Positions 48,862 through 58,381 of a stretch of DNA of 64,000 bases are shown piece after piece (positions within the stretch are counted from its first letter, which is position 1; every line of letters starts with the position of its first letter). A program made the position numbers and the translations under genes. The stretch is from Candidatus Heimdallarchaeota archaeon (GTDB taxonomy: Archaea > Asgardarchaeota > Heimdallarchaeia > Heimdallarchaeales > Heimdallarchaeaceae). The notes under the pieces are model-generated. The model searched no databases and had not been told where the DNA came from. It saw nothing but the letters and a program-made list of their open reading frames with translations. The DNA lies in NCBI GenBank assembly GCA_016839945.1, contig JAEOTE010000108.1, positions 25,966-89,965 of the forward strand, read 5' to 3'.

Positions 48862-50481
48862 TTGGTTAAAGAGCTTGTGAAAATTCTCATTGTGGATGCC
48901 TTAGCTGCCAATGAAGGTCGTAGAAAATTCTCTAGAGATGCGATTGGAGCTGGTCCACGATTAATAGCTGGAGTCTGTTACAAAAACAATATATTCTCCA
49001 AAATAATTCGAGTTGAAGATTTATTAGATAAAGATGTTTTGTCAGTAAGTGATTTTAATTATTTCTTAATCAGTGCAATGTCTGTTGACAAAATAGCAGT
49101 TATCCGAGCGATAGAACTTATTCGATCAAAAAATGATTCATCGTTTATAGTTCTAGGTGGTCCGATTGTCTCAAACAAAACAGAATTAGAAGGATACGAT
49201 ATAGATGTTGCAGTTCTTGGTGAAGGGGAAAGAATACTAAATGAATTGGTTCTAAACAATTTTTCAGTTGATGATTTATCTTCTGAAAGAAACATTATTG
49301 AAAGACAAGGAAAAATCATTTTGATACAAAATAAAGAGGTTAAACAAAGAGAGATTTTCAATGAATTCCCTCCTTCTGTTTCTCACATAACAGATTACCC
49401 TGATTATTGGTATTCCAAAGTTTATGTTGAAATTGTAAGAGGTTGCTCAAATCACTATCGAGGAGAAATAGTCAGAAAAGAAGGAGAATGTTCAGACTGT
49501 GGAAATTGTGATTCTCCTGATAGTGTAATGACGGATGAGTGTCCAGAAGATATTCCTCCAGGATGTGGATTTTGTTCTGTTCCTGCAACGTTTGGTCCTC
49601 CAAGAAGCAAATCTATAGAATTGATTATAGACGAAGTTAAATCATTATTTGAGAAAGGAGTAAGAAGAATAGTTCTGTCAGCTCCGGGATTTCTTGATTA
49701 CTATAGGAATCCTGAAAACAAGCAAATATTTTCTCCAACTAAACCTCCAGTAAATATAGAAAAAATATCAGAGCTGTTATCTAAATTAGTAACTGTTAGA
49801 GATAATCAGAAACATAAATGTAGTATTTCGATAGAAAACATTAAACCATCCTTAGTAACTCCTCAAATTGCACAAATGATAGGGAAGTTTCTTCCAAATA
49901 CTTCTATAAGTATAGGGTGCGAAACATTCGATGAAAAACATAGTGACCAAATAGGTAGACCACCATCCCCAAAGAAAGCTCTTGAAGCTGCGAAATTATT
50001 TATAAAAAACAACATTCTCCCTCAGATTTACTTGATTCATTCTCTACCGGGAGAAACTGTTCAGACACTAGAAAAAACAAAAGATATTGTTGAGAATCAA
50101 CTTAAAAACTATGCAGAAAAAATTACTGTATACAAATATCTACCACTACCCAATTCTCCTTTTACAATTACAAATACTTCATTACCTGTATATAGGCACT
50201 TACTGAAAGTTAAAAGAGAAGAATTGAAGAAAGCAATTATAAACTTCAATTTAGAAAAGAAGCACTCACTAGTTGATACTGAAATTATTTGTATTGTAGC
50301 AGAAAAAGATAGAACTAGAGTAAAAACATATATTTGTTATCCTTTGTTTAGTGGACCTGCAATAAGCTTGGAATCAGAAAAGAACATAATAGGAAAACTT
50401 GTGGATATAAGAATAACTTCAGCAGTGAGTGATAAACTAGTTTCTGGTGAATTAATTAGGATTATTGAAACAATATTATAA
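48862..50481 (+). CDS. B12-binding radical SAM protein with Cys-rich insertion and C-terminal TRAM-like domain
   Basis: B12-type N-terminus (VLGGP, GEGE), EIVRGC-insert-GCGFC, IGCET, IGKLVDIRIT. Confidence 0.8.
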   Translation: MVKELVKILIVDALAANEGRRKFSRDAIGAGPRLIAGVCYKNNIFSKIIRVEDLLDKDVLSVSDFNYFLISAMSVDKIAVIRAIELIRSKNDSSFIVLGGPIVSNKTELEGYDIDVAVLGEGERILNELVLNNFSVDDLSSERNIIERQGKIILIQNKEVKQREIFNEFPPSVSHITDYPDYWYSKVYVEIVRGCSNHYRGEIVRKEGECSDCGNCDSPDSVMTDECPEDIPPGCGFCSVPATFGPPRSKSIELIIDEVKSLFEKGVRRIVLSAPGFLDYYRNPENKQIFSPTKPPVNIEKISELLSKLVTVRDNQKHKCSISIENIKPSLVTPQIAQMIGKFLPNTSISIGCETFDEKHSDQIGRPPSPKKALEAAKLFIKNNILPQIYLIHSLPGETVQTLEKTKDIVENQLKNYAEKITVYKYLPLPNSPFTITNTSLPVYRHLLKVKREELKKAIINFNLEKKHSLVDTEIICIVAEKDRTRVKTYICYPLFSGPAISLESEKNIIGKLVDIRITSAVSDKLVSGELIRIIETIL

Positions 50482-50487
50482 AAAAAA

Positions 50488-52293
50488 TTATCTTTTATTT
50501 CGTATTATAAACCGAATAAAAGATAAACCAAAAATCATTGTTACAAAAATTCCAAAACCTGCATAAGTCGTTTTTTCAGTATCAGTTGGTGTTGGTGTAA
50601 TTTCAATTCCATATCCTGCTTGTTCTAAATATGTTTCAGCTAAGCTAAGATCATAAACATAAGGAGTCAAACTACTATCATATCCTAAACACATTTCAGG
50701 TACAGGTGTTACTCCAGGAGAACCTACACCATCAAATAAATCATCAATAAGAGTTTGTCTTTGAATGCAGTGACTTATTGCTTTTCTAATGCATTTAGCA
50801 GCTTCAATTGTACCGTTTGGAGTTAATTCTCCAGTTCCAATAATTGGATGTTTCATATTGATAGATAATTCCTCATGTTTAGGTTCCTTTTTTTGAATCC
50901 CACTTATTCCTACAAGTCCTTCCAGATCTTCATAGGTTAGAATAGCTGTAGGATGTATTGGATCTAACACATCAAAACCATCTGAAACAAGTTCAGATAA
51001 AGCAGTTGTAAGATTAGATTCTCTTATAAAATATAGTTCATCTAATTTTGCATTTATTCCTCCGGAAGATGTTAAATTATTCCAATATGGATTAGGAACA
51101 AGCTTTATGCTAGTTCCTGCATTAAAAGAATTTAACACAAAAGGTCCACATGATCGAACAAGTGTATCTTGCACATTACCTGTAAGAGGGATTTCATCAA
51201 ATATTGCATAAGTATGTGCTGTTATTGCAGGTTCTACAACACTTTTATCAACTATTCCATAAGATAGATATTTCAAAGGAAAGTTAGTAATTGATGTATA
51301 TGTGAATTTTACAGTACTGGGATCAATAATTTCAATGGAAGCATTATCGCCAAACATAGATGTAAGAGTAAAATAATCCATGGATCCTACTTCAGGTGTC
51401 ATGTGTAATTGATAAGAATACTTTACATCTTCTGCTAAAACCGGACTACCATCACTGAATTTTGCATTTGGATCTATATCTACTGTTACACTAAGCTTAT
51501 CCGGACTAATTGTATAGCCTGAAGCAATTACAGGTTCCCAATAGTAAGTATTGATATTTCGTTGAAATAAGCTTCCATAAGTAGGTTGCGTCCATAACGT
51601 AGTAAAATAAGATTCTGCTCTGAAGATATTATAATAATATGAAAAATGAGTTATGCCATATTTTATAACATGATCAACTGAATTATCCCAATTTTCTGCT
51701 CTATGATCACAGTAAAACAATAAATCTTCAGTCATCCCTGAAACTTCATTTCTAGCTGCCATTAAAGATTCATTGTAGTATAAAGCAATAGCAGGCAGAT
51801 CATCATAAATGTAAGATTGAAGTTGATGAGCATAATTTGAACGTTGTGTTGGATTTTGTTCTACAACATATGAATTTAAGATATTATCATAATTTGTGTT
51901 GCTGTACTGATAGTGGTTATCACCAAAAGGAGTGAAGCTAGCTGTGTCAAAAAGACCAGTGAGAGCAAGATCTAAGTCCCAATACCATCCAACATATAGA
52001 AGATCGTAACCTCCATCCTCATAAACAGGAATATAGCTATAATCTAAAAATGGATATGCCCAAGTTCTTGGACCAATTTCACCGTAACCAACATCATGTA
52101 TTTGAACTTCTATTCCTATTATTGCTAATTCTTCGACAATGCTATTTACATAAGGAGTTCTAGATTCCTGTGTATTAGGAACAAGTAGATGGAGAGTGAA
52201 ATAAGGTTCTTCTTCTGTTGCTGAGTTTGAAACAATACAATTAGAAACTATAAGTAATGGAATTAAAAGGATAAAGAAATTCTGTTTTTTCAT
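50488..52293 (-). CDS. Family 5 ABC (peptide/nickel) substrate-binding protein, membrane-anchored
   Basis: AKFSDGSPVLAEDVKYS, CGPFVL, NPYW, IRKAISH, A..YLEQAGY; signal peptide and C-terminal TM after a Thr/Pro linker. Confidence 0.88.
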   Translation of the reverse strand: MKKQNFFILLIPLLIVSNCIVSNSATEEEPYFTLHLLVPNTQESRTPYVNSIVEELAIIGIEVQIHDVGYGEIGPRTWAYPFLDYSYIPVYEDGGYDLLYVGWYWDLDLALTGLFDTASFTPFGDNHYQYSNTNYDNILNSYVVEQNPTQRSNYAHQLQSYIYDDLPAIALYYNESLMAARNEVSGMTEDLLFYCDHRAENWDNSVDHVIKYGITHFSYYYNIFRAESYFTTLWTQPTYGSLFQRNINTYYWEPVIASGYTISPDKLSVTVDIDPNAKFSDGSPVLAEDVKYSYQLHMTPEVGSMDYFTLTSMFGDNASIEIIDPSTVKFTYTSITNFPLKYLSYGIVDKSVVEPAITAHTYAIFDEIPLTGNVQDTLVRSCGPFVLNSFNAGTSIKLVPNPYWNNLTSSGGINAKLDELYFIRESNLTTALSELVSDGFDVLDPIHPTAILTYEDLEGLVGISGIQKKEPKHEELSINMKHPIIGTGELTPNGTIEAAKCIRKAISHCIQRQTLIDDLFDGVGSPGVTPVPEMCLGYDSSLTPYVYDLSLAETYLEQAGYGIEITPTPTDTEKTTYAGFGIFVTMIFGLSFIRFIIRNKR

Positions 52294-52303
52294 TTACTTC
52301 ACT

Positions 52304-52340
52304 TGTTGGCATTCCAACACTTTATGTTTTCTCATAAAGT
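52304..52340. promoter_or_regulatory. Two abutting inverted repeats upstream of the substrate-binding protein gene
   Basis: TGTTGG-CATT-CCAACA (52304-19) and ACTTTATG-TTTTCT-CATAAAGT (52319-40). Confidence 0.45.
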
Positions 52341-52434
52341 TAAAAGATTTTTGGATTCTTTTCGATTTTTTAGAAGAAATTAAGTTCATAGAACAAGCTT
52401 AATTAGTAATTTAACATATCTTTCTTGATAAAAA

Positions 52435-52899
52435 TTGATAATATATCGTCGTGCAATTCTAGAAGATATAAATAAACTAGTTGAGCTACGTGTAGAGTTT
52501 CTATATGAAGCAGAAGAAATATCAATAGATACTCCTTCTGAAGAACTAAGAAATTCTTTGCACAGCTTCTTTCAAAGAAATATGAAATCAGAACACTTTA
52601 TCTCTTGGATTGCAGCCAAAAAAAATAAAATTATCGCAACAAGCGGTTTGGTGTTTTATGAAGTTCCTCCTCTTTTTGAGAACATCTCGGGAAAAGAGGC
52701 ATATCTTATGAACATGTATACACTTCCAATCTTCAGAAGAAAGGGAATAGGAACAGAATTATTAAAGAGATTAATCGAAGAAGCAAGAAAACGAGAAATT
52801 AGAAAAGTTAGATTGGTAACTACTGAAGATGGGAAACATTTGTATGAAAAAAATGGTTTTAAATTTAATGAAAATGAAATGTATATCTTGTTGGATTAG
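52435..52899 (+). CDS. GNAT acetyltransferase
   Basis: NMYTLPIFRRKGIG, G..LYEKNGF. Confidence 0.92.
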   Translation: MIIYRRAILEDINKLVELRVEFLYEAEEISIDTPSEELRNSLHSFFQRNMKSEHFISWIAAKKNKIIATSGLVFYEVPPLFENISGKEAYLMNMYTLPIFRRKGIGTELLKRLIEEARKREIRKVRLVTTEDGKHLYEKNGFKFNENEMYILLD

Positions 52900-52911
52900 T
52901 CTCTTGAGGAT

Positions 52912-54507
52912 TTAATTCTCAAGAGTAGAACCACAATTAAAACAGAATTTTGACGAAGAAGGAATGTTTTCACCACATTTACTGCAATTAATGTCTCTAA
53001 CTGATGATGACACAGTTTTCACTTCTTTCTCATCCCTAATTGCTTGATTTATTGCTCTTCCTATTGCAGAACTAATGAGAGTAGTAAGAAGAATTCCAAT
53101 GCTTGTAAAAAATGAACTAACGAATGTAATTTTATATAGCAACAGAAGTATGCAGAAGTCACAGATACCTAGTAAAAGAGCTAAAGGTAAGGTTACTGCA
53201 GCCCAGTCTTTTTTGTAAACAAAAATACCACAGAATAAACCTCCTAGAAGAGAAGATGTAAACATCATTCCATACATTTGAGGATTATTATAATTTATGA
53301 ATGCGTTATATGATAACCACAAGAAGAGACCTGAAATTGCAGAGTATAAACTAATAGCTAGAGAATTAGTAAACGGTCCAGTGTCTTCTTTCCAAGCTTT
53401 TGTCAATCTAATAAAAGGACCTAATTTTGCTAGGAAAACAATGAGAGCAATACCAGAAATTATACTGATAATAATGAGAAGTATAGTCAGTGTTTCTAAA
53501 AGGTTTTGAGGTGTAACTATAGGACCTCCCTCAAAGACGTAGGATCCTCGAACATCAGGTAAAGCAGGCATTGAAACATCAACAATTAATAATTCATAGG
53601 TGTTAGCAACATATGCAAAATTATCTGAAACAAATACAGTTCTTGTAATACTAGTTGTTTCAACATACCCCATCATTACAGTAATTGCGGGTGTTCCAAC
53701 ATCTATTATCTTTAAACCCCCAACACCATCAGCAACGAATGCAAGATCATTGAATTCAACAACTACACTTGAAATCTTGTTTGAAGTCCAGTATGATCCT
53801 ACTGAGTAAGGATCTGATGAATTTGTCACATCAACTATATTCAATCCATTACTTCCGCATGCTAGGTAAGTATAGAAATCCCCAACAAAGATATTTTCAC
53901 AGTATCCTGTGTCTAAACGACTAATTAGAGTAGGATTTAGTGGATTACTATTGTTTAGTATTAAAAACCCATTAGAACCATCTGCTAGATATATTAAGTC
54001 ATCTTTAATTTTTACATCCTTAACTTCTCCAATTGAATCATATGTTTCCATTATAGAAATTGATGAAAAATCTGTAGCATTGATTATCTTAAGGCCATAT
54101 TCTCCTGCAGCAACATAAACAAGATTATTATTAACTACCACATTATATGTAGGATAAGGAAGATTTTCATAACCAACTAGAGTTGGATTCCCGACATCTA
54201 TTACATCAATTATTCGTAGACTACTGTTACTGAAGAGAGCGAAAATTAGTTGATCTAGAAGAAATGCATCAACAATTTCACCAGGATGATCATAAACACT
54301 GATTAGAAAAGGATCATTTTTGTTAGAAACATCAACTATGTGCAAACCTGCAGTACCATAGGAGACATACGCAATGTCTTGATCAACAATTACATCATAA
54401 ACTATAGGATCCTCAGACTGTGATTTAACCATAAAAAATGTGCTACAAGAAATGAACATAAACATCATGAAGATTGCTATGTAAATGTATAAACTTTTCA
54501 GCTTCAT
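52912..54507 (-). CDS. LVIVD-repeat surface protein with ~5 TMs and C-terminal Zn ribbon
   Basis: About 7 repeats of AYVA.G..GL.I.DV; hydrophobic block; CSKCG...KFCFNCG. Confidence 0.85.
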   Translation of the reverse strand: MKLKSLYIYIAIFMMFMFISCSTFFMVKSQSEDPIVYDVIVDQDIAYVSYGTAGLHIVDVSNKNDPFLISVYDHPGEIVDAFLLDQLIFALFSNSSLRIIDVIDVGNPTLVGYENLPYPTYNVVVNNNLVYVAAGEYGLKIINATDFSSISIMETYDSIGEVKDVKIKDDLIYLADGSNGFLILNNSNPLNPTLISRLDTGYCENIFVGDFYTYLACGSNGLNIVDVTNSSDPYSVGSYWTSNKISSVVVEFNDLAFVADGVGGLKIIDVGTPAITVMMGYVETTSITRTVFVSDNFAYVANTYELLIVDVSMPALPDVRGSYVFEGGPIVTPQNLLETLTILLIIISIISGIALIVFLAKLGPFIRLTKAWKEDTGPFTNSLAISLYSAISGLFLWLSYNAFINYNNPQMYGMMFTSSLLGGLFCGIFVYKKDWAAVTLPLALLLGICDFCILLLLYKITFVSSFFTSIGILLTTLISSAIGRAINQAIRDEKEVKTVSSSVRDINCSKCGENIPSSSKFCFNCGSTLEN

Positions 54508-54609
54508 TTTCTCTCTAGGTTTAGTTTTTTAACTTTTTTAATGTATCTATTCAAAATTTAGGTTTTTATATAGAAATTTATTAGTGACTCTGCTTATGTT
54601 TACATAGGT

Positions 54610-55260
54610 TTGCTAATTATGTTTACAGAAAGAAGACGTGAGATTATTGCAGCAATATCTAATTCAGGATATGTGTTTTTCTATACTCTCTTTCTGATTT
54701 ATGGTTCAAAAGAACTCTTTGAACAATCTTGGAATTCCGTTTCCTCTATTTTCTTCTTACTTACTCTGATTTTTTACATTATTATGATTCTTACAATATT
54801 GTCTTGGGTCGTTCTTGCTTATCAAAAGCAAAAAACAGATAGATTCAAAGATGATTTGTCTCTTAGTATTTCTGTTCAAGGTTATGCTCAAACAATAATA
54901 TCCTTAACAATAATTACATTCTTCATGATTATTAGCACCTTGGTAATTATGATTGTTGAAAAAGAAACTGAAAGAAATGTTCTTTTCTGGATAACTCTTT
55001 TTGTTGCTGGCATTGTATTAATTCCAAGCTTAGCAGTTTCAGTTAATGTTACTTATTTGAGTATACTTGAAAGAAAAAGAAAATCAGATCTTTCAAAGAA
55101 GATAGAAAATTCTAGAAAGGAAGGTTATTCTTCAATTTTTGAAAAAGAAATGGCTAGTTCTTTAGGTTTTGAAGACAGTGAAAGCTGGCATGGATTTGTA
55201 TCTTCTGGTTATGAAACAAAAGAAGAATGGGAAATAGCAAAAAAATCAAAAGAGAAGTAA
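54610..55260 (+). CDS. Hypothetical 4-TM membrane protein
   Basis: Four hydrophobic segments; charged tail with GF/GY....EW-type repeats. Confidence 0.65.
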   Translation: MLIMFTERRREIIAAISNSGYVFFYTLFLIYGSKELFEQSWNSVSSIFFLLTLIFYIIMILTILSWVVLAYQKQKTDRFKDDLSLSISVQGYAQTIISLTIITFFMIISTLVIMIVEKETERNVLFWITLFVAGIVLIPSLAVSVNVTYLSILERKRKSDLSKKIENSRKEGYSSIFEKEMASSLGFEDSESWHGFVSSGYETKEEWEIAKKSKEK

Positions 55261-55269
55261 GTTATTGTT

Positions 55270-55830
55270 TTATAATAGAATTTTGTCAACATCTTTCCAA
55301 TCTTTATCATTATTTTTAAAATCATTACGTTCTTTTTCTGTTGTTTTTTCTACTTTTATTTGGCAGTAATCATCATCACATAGAATGCATTTTGTATGGA
55401 TTGCTTTATCTTTTGGATTTTTTGCCATCGCTCTAGCTGCGTCAATATAGCAGTAGAGTTTTCCTATTTCTTCTTCTCTAAAATGTTTGAAAACCTTCGC
55501 TAAACTGCAATCATAAATCTCTAAACTTTGAAAATCAATATCCTCATTCAAGCTAAACAAATCTCTTAAATCAACAAACTCCTTTCCTTTGTAAACGTAT
55601 TTACCATGAATGCCATAAAAAGAACTATCTTGATCTGTCTTGGAATATTCTTCTATTTTTCTACCATATTCCATTATACTCTTGATGATTAGCTCTTTCC
55701 CTTTTTTTTCACCTAAATTATCCACAATAACTTTCGAATAAGCTAAATGCATTAAAGCTAATCTCGACATTGCAACTTGAACTTGTTTGATTGCTTCCTC
55801 AAATGGAACAGTTTCTTTTTTTTCAGTCAT
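55270..55830 (-). CDS. ATC-hydrolase-like/V4R-fold small-molecule-binding protein
   Basis: YDCSLA, GKLYCYID, HTKC...DDYC pattern. Confidence 0.7.
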   Translation of the reverse strand: MTEKKETVPFEEAIKQVQVAMSRLALMHLAYSKVIVDNLGEKKGKELIIKSIMEYGRKIEEYSKTDQDSSFYGIHGKYVYKGKEFVDLRDLFSLNEDIDFQSLEIYDCSLAKVFKHFREEEIGKLYCYIDAARAMAKNPKDKAIHTKCILCDDDYCQIKVEKTTEKERNDFKNNDKDWKDVDKILL

Positions 55831-55937
55831 TTTAAAATCAACAAAACTCTAATTTTTTAATATAAATCATTTTTGTATCTACTCTGTGGAAAAAACTAAA
55901 CGATAAAGTAATTAATGTCTTACAACTGTTACTTGAT

Positions 55938-56336
55938 ATGGATACTGAAGAACCAAGCCAAAAGAACAATAGACGAATTACTAATCTCAATGCTATGATT
56001 TACAGCTTACTATCAATTTTAGTTATATATGGGATTATGGCTTTTGTAGCAAATCAGACAAACAAATGGGACGAGCTTTTCAATATTACTACAGCTGTTG
56101 CATCTACTGCAGTAGGTGGATTTCTGTGTGGATTTTTCGTCTATAAAAAAATGAAGGACTGGCTTATTCTTTCACTATTCATAGCTTTAGTGATTTCTAT
56201 TTGTGGCTTATTTGCTATTATCTTCACAGATGTTCTACAATATGCTTTCTTTGCACCTATACTAGAATTCGGATTTGCATTAGGAAGTTCTTTAGCGGGA
56301 TATGGTCTAAGTCTTCCTCTTCAGGATAAAAAGTAA
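55938..56336 (+). CDS. 4-TM membrane protein paralogous to the membrane domain of the LVIVD protein
   Basis: GGFLCGFFVYKK..DW matches GGLFCGIFVYKKDW in 52912-54507. Confidence 0.7.
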   Translation: MDTEEPSQKNNRRITNLNAMIYSLLSILVIYGIMAFVANQTNKWDELFNITTAVASTAVGGFLCGFFVYKKMKDWLILSLFIALVISICGLFAIIFTDVLQYAFFAPILEFGFALGSSLAGYGLSLPLQDKK

Positions 56337-56407
56337 AATCATATTTAAATTAGAAGAAATTGTTTTTCCCTTTTTAAACCAATTAAAGAATTAAAATTTG
56401 AGAAGAA

Positions 56408-56725
56408 ATGAATTGGAAAATGGTCTTTATTATCTATTCCAAGAAGGAAAAAAGGAAACTAGAACTGACTAGATACAAACTAACTAGCTTTGAAAACGTG
56501 AAATTCTTCATTAAACAATTTTTTGAAGAACAAAAAGGTTGGATTGCTGAAGAAGAAAATAAAAACAATGGATGGGGTTTTGAAGTTATGCTAGTAGATG
56601 AGTTTGGAAGGGAAATTCCTATCAAGAACCTATATGAATTAATACATAAGGGAGAAGAAATTATGAGTTTTTTCAGCATGACATCTGATGTTGTAGGGGA
56701 AATATTAGTTGAAGGTTTAAGTTAA
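56408..56725 (+). CDS. Hypothetical protein
   Basis: 105-aa ORF with ATG start filling the gap; no recognised motif. Confidence 0.55.
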   Translation: MNWKMVFIIYSKKEKRKLELTRYKLTSFENVKFFIKQFFEEQKGWIAEEENKNNGWGFEVMLVDEFGREIPIKNLYELIHKGEEIMSFFSMTSDVVGEILVEGLS

Positions 56726-56730
56726 AGAAA

Positions 56731-57111
56731 CTATTCATTAAATTTGTAGAAACCAGTAAAACGATCATAATTACCTTTGAGTTTACCATTGTTGTGGAGG
56801 AATAGTAACCAGTTGTGTATTTCAACTGAAAAAGCTAAGAACATACCTTCCATATTGATTTTTGTAGCTCCAATTTCTAAGTAAGTTAAAAGATTGTAAA
56901 GACCTTTTTCATACAATGATTCTGCTAACGATATTGTTGTGATTTCTTTAAGATGCATATCATTAGTAGTACTTAGAATACACCAGAGAAAGGCTTTTGC
57001 AGTATCTTCTATTATTTTTCTTAATTCACTGCTAACAGCCGTGCCACCATATCGTTCCAAAACAAAAGGAAGAAAAAAATCTTTTAGTTCTTGATAGTCT
57101 CTTTCTATCAT
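56731..57111 (-). CDS. Hypothetical protein
   Basis: 126-aa ORF with ATG start; no recognised motif. Confidence 0.55.
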   Translation of the reverse strand: MIERDYQELKDFFLPFVLERYGGTAVSSELRKIIEDTAKAFLWCILSTTNDMHLKEITTISLAESLYEKGLYNLLTYLEIGATKINMEGMFLAFSVEIHNWLLFLHNNGKLKGNYDRFTGFYKFNE

Positions 57112-57175
57112 AGTTATTCTTTTAATTCTTCACTATTAATATTTTTTTGATAGAGAAAAAAATCTAGCTTTTAAG

Positions 57176-58291
57176 CTAGATAGATTTCCTATTTCTTTTT
57201 CTCATATTTCTGCTTATAAGTGCCAGTATCCCTAATAATGGAATACAGATTATAAATCCATAATTTATTTTTTCTAAATATTCGTTTAATGGATAAGGAT
57301 CAGTTGAGTTAGCGGTACCATCGATTGTATATGGATCTTTACTATCCCATTCATTCCAATGATTCCCTTCTTCTGTTTCTGCTTCATACCATATGCTATT
57401 TGTTCCATTATCAAATGCTTGAGAGGTGCCTTCAAGATTATTGTCTATGAATGAGTTGTGATGTATTATAGAATTTTTACATTTTTTTATTACATCAACG
57501 CCATAGTTATCATTTTCTGTTAGTAAATTGTAAGAGAGAATGCAATCATCAGATGGTACATCAAACCGAGGATCACCATAATGTACTACATTGATAGAAA
57601 TACCAATATCATTGTTAGAACAAGTATTGGATACTACTGTACAATCATCAGATCCTGCCAGATAAATGCCTTTGTGATTGTTATTTAAAAGGCTATTATA
57701 CATAATCGTTGCATTTTTTGAAAAACCCAAATGTATACCTTGGTTATTGCCAGAACAAGTATTATTTTTCAATGTTGAATCGTCTGAATAAGATAGATAT
57801 ATAGCATAAAGACTATTAGTACAATTATTTTTGAATAATGTAGTTTCATCACAATAAAAGAGATAGATACCGTATTGAACGTTGTTTATACATATGTTTT
57901 CTTCAATAGAAGCTGTTCCAACTGTAACATGGTCAAGATAAATACCATAATCAGCTGCATCTACGTAGCAGTTGCGTATAATGAAATATTTAGTTGTATC
58001 ATTAATAGAGATACCTCTTTCTTTAGTAGTAATAATTTCGTAATTTTCAATAATATAAGGTGCTATGGATGTTCCTGAACCAGGAAAACCATAATCAGTG
58101 AAATTGTCATCATTAAGTATTTCAATGGGTTCATGGGGAGTTAAAGTTAAAATTGGGGATATTGTTAAATGATTCTCATCGTTAAAAGAAATAGTTGTTG
58201 GAATATTAATAGTTAAAGATAGAGCAACAAAGCCTATTATACAAAACGAGATTAGATTTATTTTTTTTAGCTTTTCCATTTTCATCACCAC
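57176..58291 (-). CDS. NosD-type beta-helix surface protein with C-terminal anchor
   Basis: Clear paralog of 5388-6530 (LTPH.P..I..DDNFT.YGF.G.G...PYII). Confidence 0.82.
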   Translation of the reverse strand: MVMKMEKLKKINLISFCIIGFVALSLTINIPTTISFNDENHLTISPILTLTPHEPIEILNDDNFTDYGFPGSGTSIAPYIIENYEIITTKERGISINDTTKYFIIRNCYVDAADYGIYLDHVTVGTASIEENICINNVQYGIYLFYCDETTLFKNNCTNSLYAIYLSYSDDSTLKNNTCSGNNQGIHLGFSKNATIMYNSLLNNNHKGIYLAGSDDCTVVSNTCSNNDIGISINVVHYGDPRFDVPSDDCILSYNLLTENDNYGVDVIKKCKNSIIHHNSFIDNNLEGTSQAFDNGTNSIWYEAETEEGNHWNEWDSKDPYTIDGTANSTDPYPLNEYLEKINYGFIICIPLLGILALISRNMRKRNRKSI

Positions 58292-58381
58292 TAAGATTGA
58301 AAAAACTTAGTAACTAAATTATTCTAATGAAAATACAAAAGAAATTCGTAAAAAGAACAGTTAAAACCATTTTACAACTTT

